Position numbers and translations under genes: made by a program. A stretch of 63,990 bases of DNA, filler included, from Barthelona sp. PAP020 (Eukaryota), in assembly GCA_040182905.1 (NCBI GenBank). It is 6 parts of 6 records of this genome, joined end to end, with 100 filler letters (N's around TTAATTAATTAA, not from the genome) between each part and the next. Parts side by side here need not be neighbours in the genome. Positions count along the whole stretch, not along the records: positions 22,921 to 34,358 come from JARQWU010000377.1; positions 34,459 to 45,785 come from JARQWU010000378.1; 4 more parts are not named here. One strand, 5' to 3'. Under the pieces are notes generated by a model. The model saw only the letters and a program-made list of their open reading frames with translations, was not told the DNA's origin and searched no databases. Of this stretch, positions 31,901-42,728 are shown piece by piece (position 1 is the first letter of the stretch; every line of letters starts with the position of its first letter).

Positions 31901-31966
31901 TTCGTATTGAAGAAAAAATTTTCAAAGTTTATCGCAAATAATTCAAAGCATGATTATGATGATTGA
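28925..31966 (+). CDS. Large acidic low-complexity protein, 1013 aa; possible C2-like beta domain near aa 700-870
   Basis: Long ORF with a poly-Glu tract; the beta-rich segment is suggestive only. Confidence 0.7.
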   Translation: MNEIIDEATILLQKMEQIMEPVIYLPKPPLEIIEDNLYLLDEESDDEYYVDSDDSASKEFKKDVGVQYSVGSFQSIKPDVLKTKPKIVAYFCAVVDQIVGNFDFSDHLVAYNLETNIRNCEPVKSENVMPASSVTKSLSNEINFTIPLVIVSPVCEEIFDKTSGTRYIVLLVNSAERGCICLQEFNATQLVNGWDNISKDLNDNPLHVLPFIDVESPRDPKIQVFGKWTCGSKKDVEAYASKFRKSAKEDAKVVSPCLPLISQEETLNQYEILKEEVPGINEIKDNSTKVSPDDDSEVDDEMVTDVSASIHFVAEEAKISSIDNDFAEDDVSEFSDAEMITDASMSNHNTRELMAVEVDDYIQSLSNSSNSEKSAHDDDFVVSPAPISFSARSDGFTNGFISYLDEEHTKSVVDRKGGLDIKEHIDSRTNEGQINNSVSSIPQLNVSDMDLSKEEETEEVEAEEEEEEEEEEEDNDSLLTSVESHLNHADIVASTKLKPSLPDNFSVSTGMNEVSFDEVYRKNSAELEKIEGEKEDLTEKVDIAVSSDTIDTMDLIDDEMIPVEAGEINASIENYSISTLSHAVIGDTDLETDPEKSRQEQELKEKLIEDIETEVVEAESHEIEQNFAEIISKKHEENQPISDVSLSASASLTNIISPLHDNAKSLDDLLNFWESPKKTLDVEEDTISVIENSVDVSKPLQSAPFKLTFLFSSIHIPSLVFEHFPTTFECSISFKVPFIESQLVCKRLIRLNENRHNQYPIEIGADVSIPIFSLNDKGLMDFFSKESSIVIKVVFSRASGKDLSYFCTYNLNSLAKVYNDLYNGDFEENLENSAGGILSLLFIDDIERDKTGYLTTRAFFDVKKSVPLEILSGEWTNIKLPQNEPSLPSNSFNNINSSKEVSSIPFTSDSNLFSPDFAKNSVISNTSYDSSLSDEEEQSFSSRRSSSRFALNEDSSFSENSSLFDNSTVSDHLLRLSSDLDKHDINQLKRRMFVLKKKFSKFIANNSKHDYDD
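30311..30343 (+). repeat. (GAA)11 coding microsatellite (poly-Glu)
   Basis: Perfect GAA run inside the CDS. Confidence 0.9.
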
Positions 31967-32300
31967 TTGATCGAAAGGAAAATGAAAAGGAAGAAAGGTT
32001 AAAAGAATTTATTCTTTTGAATGATGCTCAAGCATTGTTTTTTTTTTTGTTACATGTTGTAAAAATATATAAATAGTCAAACATATCTTTTTATTTTTAT
32101 TTTATGTTGATGTTATGGTTTTGAAAAATGTGTCAATTTCTTTTTCACTTCAGCAGTATAAATCTGTCAAAATACACATTTCATCCAATAAATATTGGTA
32201 AAAATGCTTCTGTTAATCTTTTTCAAACACAAGTCCAAAAATAGCCAAAAATAAAAAAAAACCATCAAGGGAATTGAAAATCTTATTTTTTTTTTGTTTT

Positions 32301-33185
32301 ATGATCGATCCAGTGTATAATTCACGTGGTAGAAGTTACATGGACCCAAAAACTTCTACTGGAACCAATAATTTATCACAATCAAATAATTATTCACCAA
32401 CTACAAATCCAAATCCAAATTATCATTCAAATGTACCAAATACAGTTGATTATAGTAATAATTATCCCAATAACAGAATTAGTCCGGGAGAATTTGATCC
32501 ATCCAGTCAATTAGGAAAATTATACCGGAGCTTGAATATATACATTGTTATAACGGGAATATTGTGTTCTTTTTCGACATTTTCATCGTTTTTTTATTTT
32601 TCGAATACCTTTTTTATTGCAGGGACAATTTGTGAAGTTATCAGGTGTTTTCTAATTTGGAAATGTTTTTCCAACTCGAGTACACATTCTTTTGATAATC
32701 TAACAAATGATTTGGTAATGACAGTCATTTTAAGCTGTATTATACATTTTTGTGATAGTTTTGGTCGTTTACAAGCGAATAATTCGATATTTTGGCTTTT
32801 TGTTCCTGGTGTTTCATTTATTGGAACAATTCTATCATTTGCATCAGGTAGAGAATTCTATGGGGTTTATTCAAAAACACAGCCTCAAATACGGTCTCTT
32901 CAAGTTCAAAAGACAGTGCCTGTCAGTTATAATGTTGTTCCACAGGAGTTTAGTCAGGCGAATCAACAAGTTGGATCATATAATGTTCACCAAAGTCAAT
33001 CAAATGGTCCTGTTCAATTTGGAGAACCTCAGATTCAAATGGAGAATTATTTATCTTCCAACAATGAATCAGCGTTTATGGCATCCGCATATTCTCCTCC
33101 TGAATTCAACAATTCTCCTTCCAAAATTGGATTTAATTCTCAAAGAAATGGTCCACCTTATCGACCCAATCCTAATATCTATTGA
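32301..33185 (+). CDS. Four-TM membrane protein with N/P/Y-rich termini
   Basis: Four hydrophobic segments in the middle; first ATG at 32301. Confidence 0.7.
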   Translation: MIDPVYNSRGRSYMDPKTSTGTNNLSQSNNYSPTTNPNPNYHSNVPNTVDYSNNYPNNRISPGEFDPSSQLGKLYRSLNIYIVITGILCSFSTFSSFFYFSNTFFIAGTICEVIRCFLIWKCFSNSSTHSFDNLTNDLVMTVILSCIIHFCDSFGRLQANNSIFWLFVPGVSFIGTILSFASGREFYGVYSKTQPQIRSLQVQKTVPVSYNVVPQEFSQANQQVGSYNVHQSQSNGPVQFGEPQIQMENYLSSNNESAFMASAYSPPEFNNSPSKIGFNSQRNGPPYRPNPNIY

Positions 33186-33347
33186 GTTAATTTGTTCCAT
33201 CTTGATTTTTTGTAAATTTATTTTTATTTTATTTATTTTTATTTATTTTATTTTAGATTTTCAAACAAACAAAAAGGTTAAATGTTTACTTTGAATCCAT
33301 TTTAAAAATCAACTCTTCATGTCCATTGATATATGAATCTCTTAAAA

Positions 33348-34003
33348 TTGGTCCAGTTGTGAAACAACTATATTTATTTACAAAGAAAGTAAACTCAGAA
33401 AACTCATTCTAGCAAATTTCAGTCAAAATCCCAGGAGGGGAATTGAGGGACTGAAATGTAATTTGAACGATCAAGTAGGAGAATTTCGGAGAAATTCGTC
33501 ATTCCTATTTTTTTGTATTTTTGCAAAAGCAAAATTTTAAAGTTTGAACTTTACCTTAGAAAATCTAAAGTTTTTCAACAGATCAATCGGGCCTCGAAAG
33601 CCTTTAACCAAATAAACACTATTCTTTCTTATTCACTCATACGCACAGTGCTTCTTGGCTTGGAAATAACCTTTATCCTTCCTATTTCTTTGAAGAATTT
33701 GGTCCAGTTGTGAAACAACTATATTCATTTAGAAAGAAAAAGCAATCAGAGTACACTCATTCTAGCAAATTTCAGTCAAAACCCCAGGGGAATTGAGAAA
33801 AAATGAAATTTGAACGATCAAGTGGGTGAATTTAGGAGAAATTCTTCATTCCTATTTTTTAGTATTTTTGCAAAACCAAACTTTTAAAGTTTAAACTTTA
33901 CCTTGGAAAATCTAAAGTTTTTCAACAGATCAATCGAGCCTCGAATGCCTTCAAACAAATAAACATTGCTGCTATTTTTCATTCATACGCATAGTGCTTC
34001 TTC
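33348..34003 (-). repeat. Repeat family A, two head-to-tail copies (33348-33669 and 33699-34003, period ~351 bp)
   Basis: Both begin TTGGTCCAGTTGTGAAACAACT on + and run to CATACGCA-AGTGCTTCTT; both show the empty site ACTTTA|CCTT. Confidence 0.9.
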
Positions 34004-34358
34004 TTCTTCGTAAATCAAAGATTCTAACACTTTTCAAATTAAAAGTACTATTCAAGAATTTCTGTTGATCAAAAACATAAAAGAAAACAGCAATCAACCC
34101 ATATTCACCAATCATTAAATCACAAGTCACTGCCTTTGGTCTGAAGCAATAGGAATTATGAAGATAGGAAAGTATTTATCCATCGGTATCTCACAACTAC
34201 CCAACAGAAACAAACCAATTGTAGATTAGATTCAACCACAGTAAGAACGAAGAAACAATAGAGATTTCACTTGGGTTGATATACCAAAGAGAAACTAAGC
34301 TCACTTCAAAAGTTCACTGTTTGATTATCAATAACAAAATTGGAGGGTTTATAAAACG

Positions 34359-34458
34359 NNNNNNNNNNNNNNNNNNNNNNNNNNNNNNNNNNNNNNNNNN
34401 NNTTAATTAATTAANNNNNNNNNNNNNNNNNNNNNNNNNNNNNNNNNNNNNNNNNNNN
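34359..34458. other. Artificial contig spacer
   Basis: N44-TTAATTAATTAA-N44. Confidence 0.98.
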
Positions 34459-35371
34459 CCACTGAGATGATATCTTCACAAATATTCAATATTTTTGCAA
34501 AATTGGACCAAATGTTGAGCAATATTGAAGATGAACATCACCCATGAAATTATGAAAAATTTTTTTTTTCATCGCTAGTAAATCAAGTTAGAATCACCAC
34601 ATTAAGGTATAGTTAACATTAAGTGTGATATATTGCGTCAATTTTTGTCATTGACAGAGGTGAATCTCTTTGACTCGTAAAAATCTAAAATAAACTATTT
34701 TCATTGTTTTTATTCTCTTCAAAAAATTGACCAAATTTAGGATAACATTTGCCTGACCAAAATAATAACAATAAATGATATCAAGACTCAGTAATTCTAC
34801 CTTTTTCCAAGCGAACTTCTTCAATTTTTCCATCAAATATGACACTTATCATTTCATGATTTCGTTTTTGACCTGGGGAAGTAAAATACTTGAAAATTAC
34901 CCAACAAAGACATGAATTGAAAATGCTAACATGACTTACAGCTCCTTCAAACAAAATAACAGTTCAAACAGTATCCCATTGTAGGAACTCAAAAAGTTCT
35001 GGCCTCAAAAAGCTAATATAACAAGAAAACGTCTCAAATATTCCCAATATCAAGGTTGTTTTTTTCTTTCAAATGCCAACACTTGCAAATCTATATTTAT
35101 TTGGTTTTGTTGAAGTGGTTTCACTTTCCTTCTTGACTTGAAATTGAAACGAAATCTAAACAAACAAACAATAAATCTACATCTTTATTCATGGTGGAAA
35201 TATACTCAACACATTTCTAAATCTTCTATTTCAAAGGTATCCATGAATCAATGCTATCCAGAGAGGAATGATGTGTATGAAATTATTGAATAGTCTGAAA
35301 TTTGCCTTTATTGTGCAAGATTTCAAATAAAAAAAAAACTAGGAAAACAAATGACCAACAAAATATAAAAC

Positions 35372-36481
35372 TCAAAAAGGATTGGAAATTTGTGGAACAT
35401 TCGATGACAATCCTTTAGTGTTGGATAAAATGACCATTTTCATCGGTACGATGATAGCATAACACCATTTAAAACTGTTAAACTTTGAAATGATATGAAT
35501 AAGATCGACAGAAGAGAATTCATTGTCAAAGAGATTGAAAACTTTCAAAATTTTTTCAATTGGGATAAATGTTTTATCAGATCGTTTGACTCCAACAATT
35601 TCAACTGTTCTTCTGAACAAATTAAACATTGTCTTCCAGTAAATCAAGTAACTGATGCTGGAATCCAGTTTCAATAAACTCTCAAACTTGCAGATATCCA
35701 AAAAATTACCAAGGTCAACTTGAGTCAAAAAAGAATCCCAAAGATCAAATTCCTCTTCAAAATGATATTTAACAAGGGTTTTCGTTGGATATTTGTCCGA
35801 AATAACATTGTATGGAATAATTAAACGAAGATATGCTTTGCAATAGTTGTCTTTCAATTTCACCAAGTAATTCTTACACATTGTAAATTTATATGCTTCA
35901 GCAAAACATCTAGCACTCAAGAAATTTGCTAGTCGATCGTTATATTGACTTTTTGGCAAAGTAAATATGTTTTCTAATCTAGTTTTTTCTCGAATCGCAA
36001 ACATATACTTTCTTTCCAAAAGTAAAAGACAATTGAATATCGGATAAACACAACAAAACAAATATTCTTCACTATCTTTGTGTAAATTTCTACATATATT
36101 CCCAAAATACCGTATTATAATGTCAGATATATTGTTAAATTCAAAGAATCGTTTCAAACAAATCTTTTCTAAAAGATTCAACAAAATATAAACATCAGGA
36201 TCATTTTCACTGATGCAATCATTTATAAACAAATATAAATTATTCAACAAATTCTTCAATTCGTCAAAATTCTGTTGTTTAAATATTAGCTTAAAATTCT
36301 TGATGTATTGAATTAAATTCTCTGGACAATAATCTTGAACATCTGTTTCTTCAAAATCATCTTCCCTGATAAAACTGAAAAGGATATCACAGATATCATC
36401 ATATAATTGAATAGAAAAATCTCCATCCAAATAAGATGTAGTTAAAATGTCTAATTTTGTGAAGATATGATCAATAGTCAT
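35372..36481 (-). CDS. PCI-domain protein, PCID2/Thp1/Csn12-like
   Basis: LRLIIPYNVISDKYPTKTLVKYH...GNF...NLFRRT...IPIEKIL...VILS...NPF parallels PCID2 ([24 protein letters not shown]...GNL...NLFKKV...NPF). ATG at 36481 avoids overlap with the neighbour. Confidence 0.6.
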   Translation of the reverse strand: MTIDHIFTKLDILTTSYLDGDFSIQLYDDICDILFSFIREDDFEETDVQDYCPENLIQYIKNFKLIFKQQNFDELKNLLNNLYLFINDCISENDPDVYILLNLLEKICLKRFFEFNNISDIIIRYFGNICRNLHKDSEEYLFCCVYPIFNCLLLLERKYMFAIREKTRLENIFTLPKSQYNDRLANFLSARCFAEAYKFTMCKNYLVKLKDNYCKAYLRLIIPYNVISDKYPTKTLVKYHFEEEFDLWDSFLTQVDLGNFLDICKFESLLKLDSSISYLIYWKTMFNLFRRTVEIVGVKRSDKTFIPIEKILKVFNLFDNEFSSVDLIHIISKFNSFKWCYAIIVPMKMVILSNTKGLSSNVPQISNPF

Positions 36482-36557
36482 ATCATTAAATGAATTAAAG
36501 TGTAAAAAATAAATGGAAAACAATTTTTTTATTTCTAATTATGATTATCACATTCAT

Positions 36558-37007
36558 ATGAATGCAAATTATTCAATCGAAACAGAAAGTATGGGAGATT
36601 TTCCTGTGAAAAAACTTTTGATCAAATTTAATGAACCTGTTTTTCCGGAATATTTTATTTTTGATAATTATTTCACAGAATACATAAATATAGTTACTTA
36701 TAATGATAAAAATGATGAAAATATTGTTGTCAAAAATTTTACATTAATGGAAAATCCGTACTTTGAAAATAATGCACAGTCTAAATTCATCATTGATTTA
36801 AAGAAATATAATATTGGCAGTAATATAATGGTTATTGTTGTGTATCTATTTCAAACCAATCAATTTTGGGAAGATTTCAAAATTGATCAAATCAGTGTTG
36901 AATTCATGAAAGAAAACATAACCAATGAACAAACAAACAAAAAATCAACAGATTTACAAATTTTGGAGCTTTTACAAGATGCTTTCACTTCCCTCAAACA
37001 TACGTAA
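36558..37007 (+). CDS. NICN1: Nicolin-1-like (tubulin polyglutamylase complex subunit)
   Basis: FDNYFTEYI, FTLMENPYFENNAQ and LFQTNQFWEDFKID match FKNYYTAFL, YCLMPDPHSEEGAQ and LRQPSPLWLSFTVE. Start at 36558 or 36513. Confidence 0.7.
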   Translation: MNANYSIETESMGDFPVKKLLIKFNEPVFPEYFIFDNYFTEYINIVTYNDKNDENIVVKNFTLMENPYFENNAQSKFIIDLKKYNIGSNIMVIVVYLFQTNQFWEDFKIDQISVEFMKENITNEQTNKKSTDLQILELLQDAFTSLKHT

Positions 37008-37043
37008 TCATCCTTTTTTTCTTGTTTTTCAAAATTGAAAAGA

Positions 37044-40000
37044 TTATAAAAACTCTGAAATCTGTTCGAATAAGGTTAACAACTGTATTTTAGGAGTGCT
37101 TTTATGATTTTTTGCAAACGATAAATAAATGCCTTTCCATTTTTCTTTACCGTTATCTTTCTTTCTTTCTTTCAATAATGCTTGTCGTATTATATCAAAG
37201 AGTTGCTTTCTAAAGTCTAACCACTCATCAACAGGTTCAACTTGGTCAATGATATCGATCAGAAAATGAATATCCTGCAAAGCTGTCAACTCATCTAGAT
37301 TACTCAAAGAAGCAAATCTCAAATACAAAGAGGCTACGTTCAATTGGTCCAAAATGCTAGACTTTAGCAATTGCTTAGCATTGGATAAGTGTAATTTGAT
37401 TGCTTTAAACTGTGCATGATTGAGATTTTCTCTTTCCATCAACAACCTTCCTAAATGAAAGCTACAAATTCCAATCAGAATCTCATTGTGGGAGATATCT
37501 GCATATTCCAATCCAGAACGTAAATGATCAATTGCTTGTTCATATTTTTGAAAGGTTTCTGCAAATAATCCTGCTGAAATTGCCGCTTCAGAAGCATTTG
37601 CATAAATCTTTTGAGGTACATTCCTGCCTTTCTTCTTGGAATAATTAAGAACAATCAAAGACTCCTTGGCTAATTCCCAACTTTGAAAGAATAATAATTG
37701 TCCTTGTAAATCCAAACTGGTTTTGGCAATATATCTGCAGATTTGCGAAAAATTCAAGAAAACAACGGATTTCAAATAAGAAGTGTTTGAAAAGGAGTTA
37801 AAAATAGAAAAATCACTGAAATTTTTTGTCAAATATTGATATTTTTCCACAACTTTTGTCAATCTTTTTTCTTTCAATAATTTATTTGTGCTATCAAAAA
37901 ATTGTAAAAATTCGACATTTTCATTCAAAGCGATTATGTTTTTGATTGCTAACCTAACCTTTAAATCCATATCATTGAAACAATTTGTAGGATCAAATTT
38001 TTCTAATAATTCTGTTTGATCCAAAACAATGTTATCAAATGAATCATCAACAGGTTGATTTTTTGATAACCTTCTATTGAAAAGAAAACGTAAGAGATTA
38101 TCTGCTAATTCTACGTAAGAAGGAATATTTCTGTTAGCAAAAGAAAAACCTTCAATGATATCAGTCAATAAAATTAATAGAATACTGTCGAATTTCAATT
38201 CTGGGTTTTTATGATTTTCATTTGTAGCTAATTGACAAAGATATGCAAGGAATTTAAATGTATTGGCAATATAGGAAAATTCTTTACCTTCTGATTGATA
38301 CAACTGTACGACTTTTAAAATGTCATTTTTTAAAAAGGCTAATTCAGCAAATTTATTCAAATTTACCAACAAATTAATATAATAACAAGTACATAGAATA
38401 AAAATTCGACTGAAAATACATACAATCATATTGAAATTTGGAAATTCTAAAGGAATTTGTAACTTATTATAATTTCCAGTAAAATCACTAAAATTACTGA
38501 ATTTTAAAATATTATTCAAATAAAAACTTGAATCAAATTCAATCATTTTGCTACAAACAAAAATCTCTCTGTTAAACTTTAATACCCATTGATTCAAGTC
38601 TAATAAAATATCAATAAATGAATGTTTCAACCTAATTTTACAAAGATTCATACATAAAAATTGATAAAATCGTAACTTTTGTATATTTTTTCTGAATAAT
38701 GAAAATTCTTCATCATCTTTCAATTTTGTCACGTTTTTCAAAGCCATTTTCACAATTCCTTCTGAATCTTCCAAAAATCTTAAACTCTCTTCTGAATACC
38801 TTAACAATTGTTCAATTCTATCGATTTGTACAGGATTCTTCACTAATTTCAACATAAAACGTAATTGTAATAGACTTATTGGAATGGAAAACAATTTATA
38901 TCTGTTGTATTGTGTTGGAACAGTGCCTTTTTCCTTACTAAAAATTTCAGGCCTTTGTTCAACAAATTGTGTGATTTCAAACAATTTAATCTCCTCACTA
39001 TCCTTTGCTTTCAATAAATAGTAACTTTTACCATTTTCATTACAGTGTTCCTTGAGAAACTCCAATAAACGTTCGCTATTGTTCAAAATACCTTTCACAT
39101 TCCAATTTTGGGAATATCTAGTGACTGTTTCTACATTCAAGTTTACATAAGAGCTCACATCACCATCTCTATGGATGCATATCTTGATGTCATCAATGTT
39201 ATTCAATGTAGCCTCGAGTAAAATCCTTAAAAACTCCTTAGGCATGCTGTTCTTCTGTACCCCAGAAAATATCCCATGTTCAACAAACTTACTTGGGTCA
39301 TTCAATGAAACGCTTCCGCTAAAATCACTGAGGTTCAACAACTGGCATAATGTCTCTTTATTCGTCTGTTGGTCCCGAAAAATCAAGCTTTGACTTGACA
39401 TATTCAAAATAGAATTGGAAAATTTAAATTTCAAAAAACGTTCTTCATTAAACTCTTTAATATCATGGGTGTTCTCATCGTCTTCATCAAAATCAAAGTC
39501 AAAATTGAACATATCTTTCTGATCTATCTGTAAATCAATTTTCATGGCCTGAGAAGGGATTGATGAATCATTCACATTCTCACCAGAACAAGAATTTTTA
39601 TTTCTATTATTGTTCGGTACACCAATAATTCCAAAAGAAGACACACTCTCTGCATGTTCAAATAATGAGGAGTTACAAAAAAGACTATCATCAAAGACAA
39701 AAGAATCCCCAATTCGATGAAACCCTAAAGTGAACTCATCTTCATCAAATGGTGCAGCAAATAGATTGACAAAATCTTCCACACTTCCATAAAAATGGTT
39801 GTAATGATCTATTCCATTTTCTTCAACCTCTTCCTTATCATCAGCATTGTCAAAAGTATTATAACTAAAATCAACAGTCGGTAAATCATCAGATTGAATT
39901 ATAGCCAAAGAACTTTCAAAAGGCTCCTCAAGAAAACTTTTTGGAAACAGAAAATTTCGTTCTTCTTTCATATTTGAAGATTCTTCCAAAAAATTATCAA

Positions 40001-40166
40001 AAAAAGTTAAACTGTGGAATTGATCATCATTTAAATCTTCAATCAATTCATACTTTGGTTCAGTTGATGAAATAAAACGATTTGGTGAAGTCCATCCATC
40101 GTTATTACTATTCAAAGTGTAATTCAAGCTGTATGATAACACTGATGTTGAATTTCTATCATCCAT
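37044..40166 (-). CDS. EDRF1: EDRF1-like protein with C-terminal helical/TPR-like region
   Basis: LFAAPF...LGFHRIGDSFVFD; ICIHRDGDV; LLEFLKEHCNENGKSYYLLKAKDSEEIKLFEIT (cf. ILSFLKSNCTKEGHTYWLFKASGSDIVKLYDLT). Confidence 0.8.
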   Translation of the reverse strand: MDDRNSTSVLSYSLNYTLNSNNDGWTSPNRFISSTEPKYELIEDLNDDQFHSLTFFDNFLEESSNMKEERNFLFPKSFLEEPFESSLAIIQSDDLPTVDFSYNTFDNADDKEEVEENGIDHYNHFYGSVEDFVNLFAAPFDEDEFTLGFHRIGDSFVFDDSLFCNSSLFEHAESVSSFGIIGVPNNNRNKNSCSGENVNDSSIPSQAMKIDLQIDQKDMFNFDFDFDEDDENTHDIKEFNEERFLKFKFSNSILNMSSQSLIFRDQQTNKETLCQLLNLSDFSGSVSLNDPSKFVEHGIFSGVQKNSMPKEFLRILLEATLNNIDDIKICIHRDGDVSSYVNLNVETVTRYSQNWNVKGILNNSERLLEFLKEHCNENGKSYYLLKAKDSEEIKLFEITQFVEQRPEIFSKEKGTVPTQYNRYKLFSIPISLLQLRFMLKLVKNPVQIDRIEQLLRYSEESLRFLEDSEGIVKMALKNVTKLKDDEEFSLFRKNIQKLRFYQFLCMNLCKIRLKHSFIDILLDLNQWVLKFNREIFVCSKMIEFDSSFYLNNILKFSNFSDFTGNYNKLQIPLEFPNFNMIVCIFSRIFILCTCYYINLLVNLNKFAELAFLKNDILKVVQLYQSEGKEFSYIANTFKFLAYLCQLATNENHKNPELKFDSILLILLTDIIEGFSFANRNIPSYVELADNLLRFLFNRRLSKNQPVDDSFDNIVLDQTELLEKFDPTNCFNDMDLKVRLAIKNIIALNENVEFLQFFDSTNKLLKEKRLTKVVEKYQYLTKNFSDFSIFNSFSNTSYLKSVVFLNFSQICRYIAKTSLDLQGQLLFFQSWELAKESLIVLNYSKKKGRNVPQKIYANASEAAISAGLFAETFQKYEQAIDHLRSGLEYADISHNEILIGICSFHLGRLLMERENLNHAQFKAIKLHLSNAKQLLKSSILDQLNVASLYLRFASLSNLDELTALQDIHFLIDIIDQVEPVDEWLDFRKQLFDIIRQALLKERKKDNGKEKWKGIYLSFAKNHKSTPKIQLLTLFEQISEFL

Positions 40167-41514
40167 TTCAAAATAAAAAACTCTATTCTCTTCAACTCCT
40201 GCTACAGTTCAAAGAACACTTTTTTTTTTTTGGCAAACTCTTTTCAAATTTTATACTGTGTTTCTTTTTTGGAAACATCTAAAAGATTGAATTAACAAAG
40301 AAATGATGACTTGAGATAGACTTTGCTTTAACTTTCATTAACCAACAATCAACGTTTAAAAGATCATGTTTAACTTTTTAATGTTTTGTTTTTATGTTGT
40401 TTTGCCCAAAAAAAATAACTAGGCAGAACAACATTTTCAATCCACAAAAAAAGAATTTATATTTACTTGCACAAATATTCAATAAACTAGTTTATATTAT
40501 TGTTGAAGACTATATCTTTGAATCTGAAAGAAATATCTATTGTTTCCATTCTTGATTGTATTATTCTTTTTTTTTGTTTTAGATTGTTCAGCATATCTAA
40601 TGAGCTGACCAAAGAATTATTGGGGATAAAAATTTACAGTGAACTTGGTTATAGCATTGATGAAAGTAGTATGAAAAAGATTGGAGGTACCCTTTCCAAA
40701 TACAATGTAGAATTTTAAATATTCTTAAAGTGGTGAATATTCGTTATTTAATGATGATCCTTGATAGAGTTAATGTGCATGATAATTGAATTGGAATATC
40801 AAATCTACTCTAAAAGATTATACCCAATAGTCACATTTGATCTGCATAATTGAATTTCACCCCCTCAATTCCCTCCTCCGTGTTTTAAAATCTTCTTTAT
40901 TGATTATAAATGATTCTGTTGATACACAAAAAAAACTTTTGACACACTCTCATTGTGAAGGAAATTGAAGACATGTTCAAAGTATCAATCAATTTTATTT
41001 GCATTTCTGTCTCCATTCATCCAATTTTACAAGAAAAAAGTAATGAAACAGGGGTCGTCAGCAGAAGAAAGAAAGAAGATTTGATGGACACAGACAACAC
41101 ACTTGCAATCTCAGTTTATGAAATTGTTGGTGTAGAAATATGTCAAAACCATTACTACATCAACAAACTGTAAAAATAGATTGAACCAATCACCTTCGAT
41201 ACATATATTCGGAAATACAACATCAAAGTGAAAATTCATAGTTGTCTGTTATTTTCATACTCTTTCATTTGCTACCAAGCTCTGATTCTTCGTTTGAAAG
41301 ATAGTAATTGAAGTCAAAAATTTCTGATATACTCAATATGATGCATGTTTGAAATATTTAAATTCACTTTACTGTGATCTAGTTGACCTGATTAGAAGGA
41401 GAAAATTACAGTTGCAATTTTTAATTGATTTGACTATCAACAGCATGGATAAAAATGAAATTTCTGTTTATTGGTTGCATTTTTATTTGGTGAAATTTAG
41501 AAGTTTTTATGTAT

Positions 41515-42039
41515 AATTTATTTCCAAGCCAAGAAGCACTGTGCGTATGAGTGAATAAAAAAGAATATTGTTTATTTGGTTAAAGGCTTTCGAGGCCCGA
41601 TTGATCTGTTGAAAAACTTTAGATTTTCTAAGGTAATGTGGAAGTTCATGCTCAATGAACGGAATTTATTGGAGACATAAAGAGGTCATCAAATATCACT
41701 TCCTTTATTTGTTGTTTCTTGACCACCTTTAGGTCCAATTTTTTAAGTTACTCGGGCATCTGAATCCACGTGAGTTTTTCCCAAACCTTAAGCTAACTCG
41801 TTTCGTTGTTCACTGAACAACTCACACCTCATAAATATCTAATAAAGTTTAAACTTTAAAATTTTGCTTTTGCAAAAATTCAAAAAAATGGGAATGGAAA
41901 ATTTTTCCAAAATTTTCATACTTGATGAGCAAGATTCAATTGCAGCCACTCATTATCTGTGGCTGAGATTTACTGAAATGAGTTTTCTCTGATTACTTTT
42001 TCTTTGTAAATAAATATAGTTGTTTCACAACTTGCCCAA
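41515..42039 (+). repeat. Repeat family A copy interrupted by element B; partial copy follows at ~42101-42215
   Basis: Colinear with the reverse complement of 33348-33669 on both sides of the 41634-41842 insertion. Confidence 0.9.
41634..41842 (-). mobile_element. Element B copy 2 (209 bp), nested in repeat A
   Basis: Filled site CTAAGG[TAATGTGG...ATATCTAA]TAAAGTTT versus empty site CTAAGGTAAAGTTT in other A copies (e.g. ~45753-45766). Confidence 0.9.
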
Positions 42040-42728
42040 TAAATTAAATAAATAAAAGTAAAATATAAAACAATCTCTGGTCCTTTTTGGAACAAAATCC
42101 AATTATTTTCAAGCTAAGAAGCACTGTGCCTATGAGTGAATAAAATAAGAATGAAAATATTTTCCAAAATTTATGAACTTGATGAGCAAGATTCAATCAC
42201 AGGCACTCATTTCAAAGGGAAATTATCCCAAAATTTTCAACAATGAGATTTCTCCTTTTCCTTTCTTTGAAGGTTAAATTAATTGAAAGCAACCAAAGAA
42301 TTTGTTCAATGGCTTTGACTCTTGATTAATCAAAGGTTCTTCAATTTTATAAATGCCAAACTTCTCTTGAAAGAACCAAAACAACAACAAACTCTCAGGT
42401 GAACTTATGGTATCATGTCACTGGCTGGTGATACAAAAGTGTCGTTTTCAATTAAAAACATCACGCTTTCAGGGACGTTACGTTGTTGATAAAGAGTCAG
42501 TTGAATCAATGCTTTGGGATTGTTTGACAAGGTGCAATATGCCTGAGGGTTCATGATGGCAAAAGGTTGAGTTGGTACAAATAAACTGAAGTTTGTCCAA
42601 ATGATGAGATATCGCGAAAATAGGGGACAAAATGTTTCAGAGGTTGAATTTCTCAAACAGTTCATGTTTTAAATTTACAAGTTGGAAAACCTGAGATGAG
42701 AGATAAGTGCAAAAAGCAATGTGGAGTT

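Noticed and set aside
33348..34003. CRISPR-like array
   Set aside because: Units are ~350 bp and homologous throughout, with no short repeat/unique spacer pattern and no cas genes; the context is eukaryotic.
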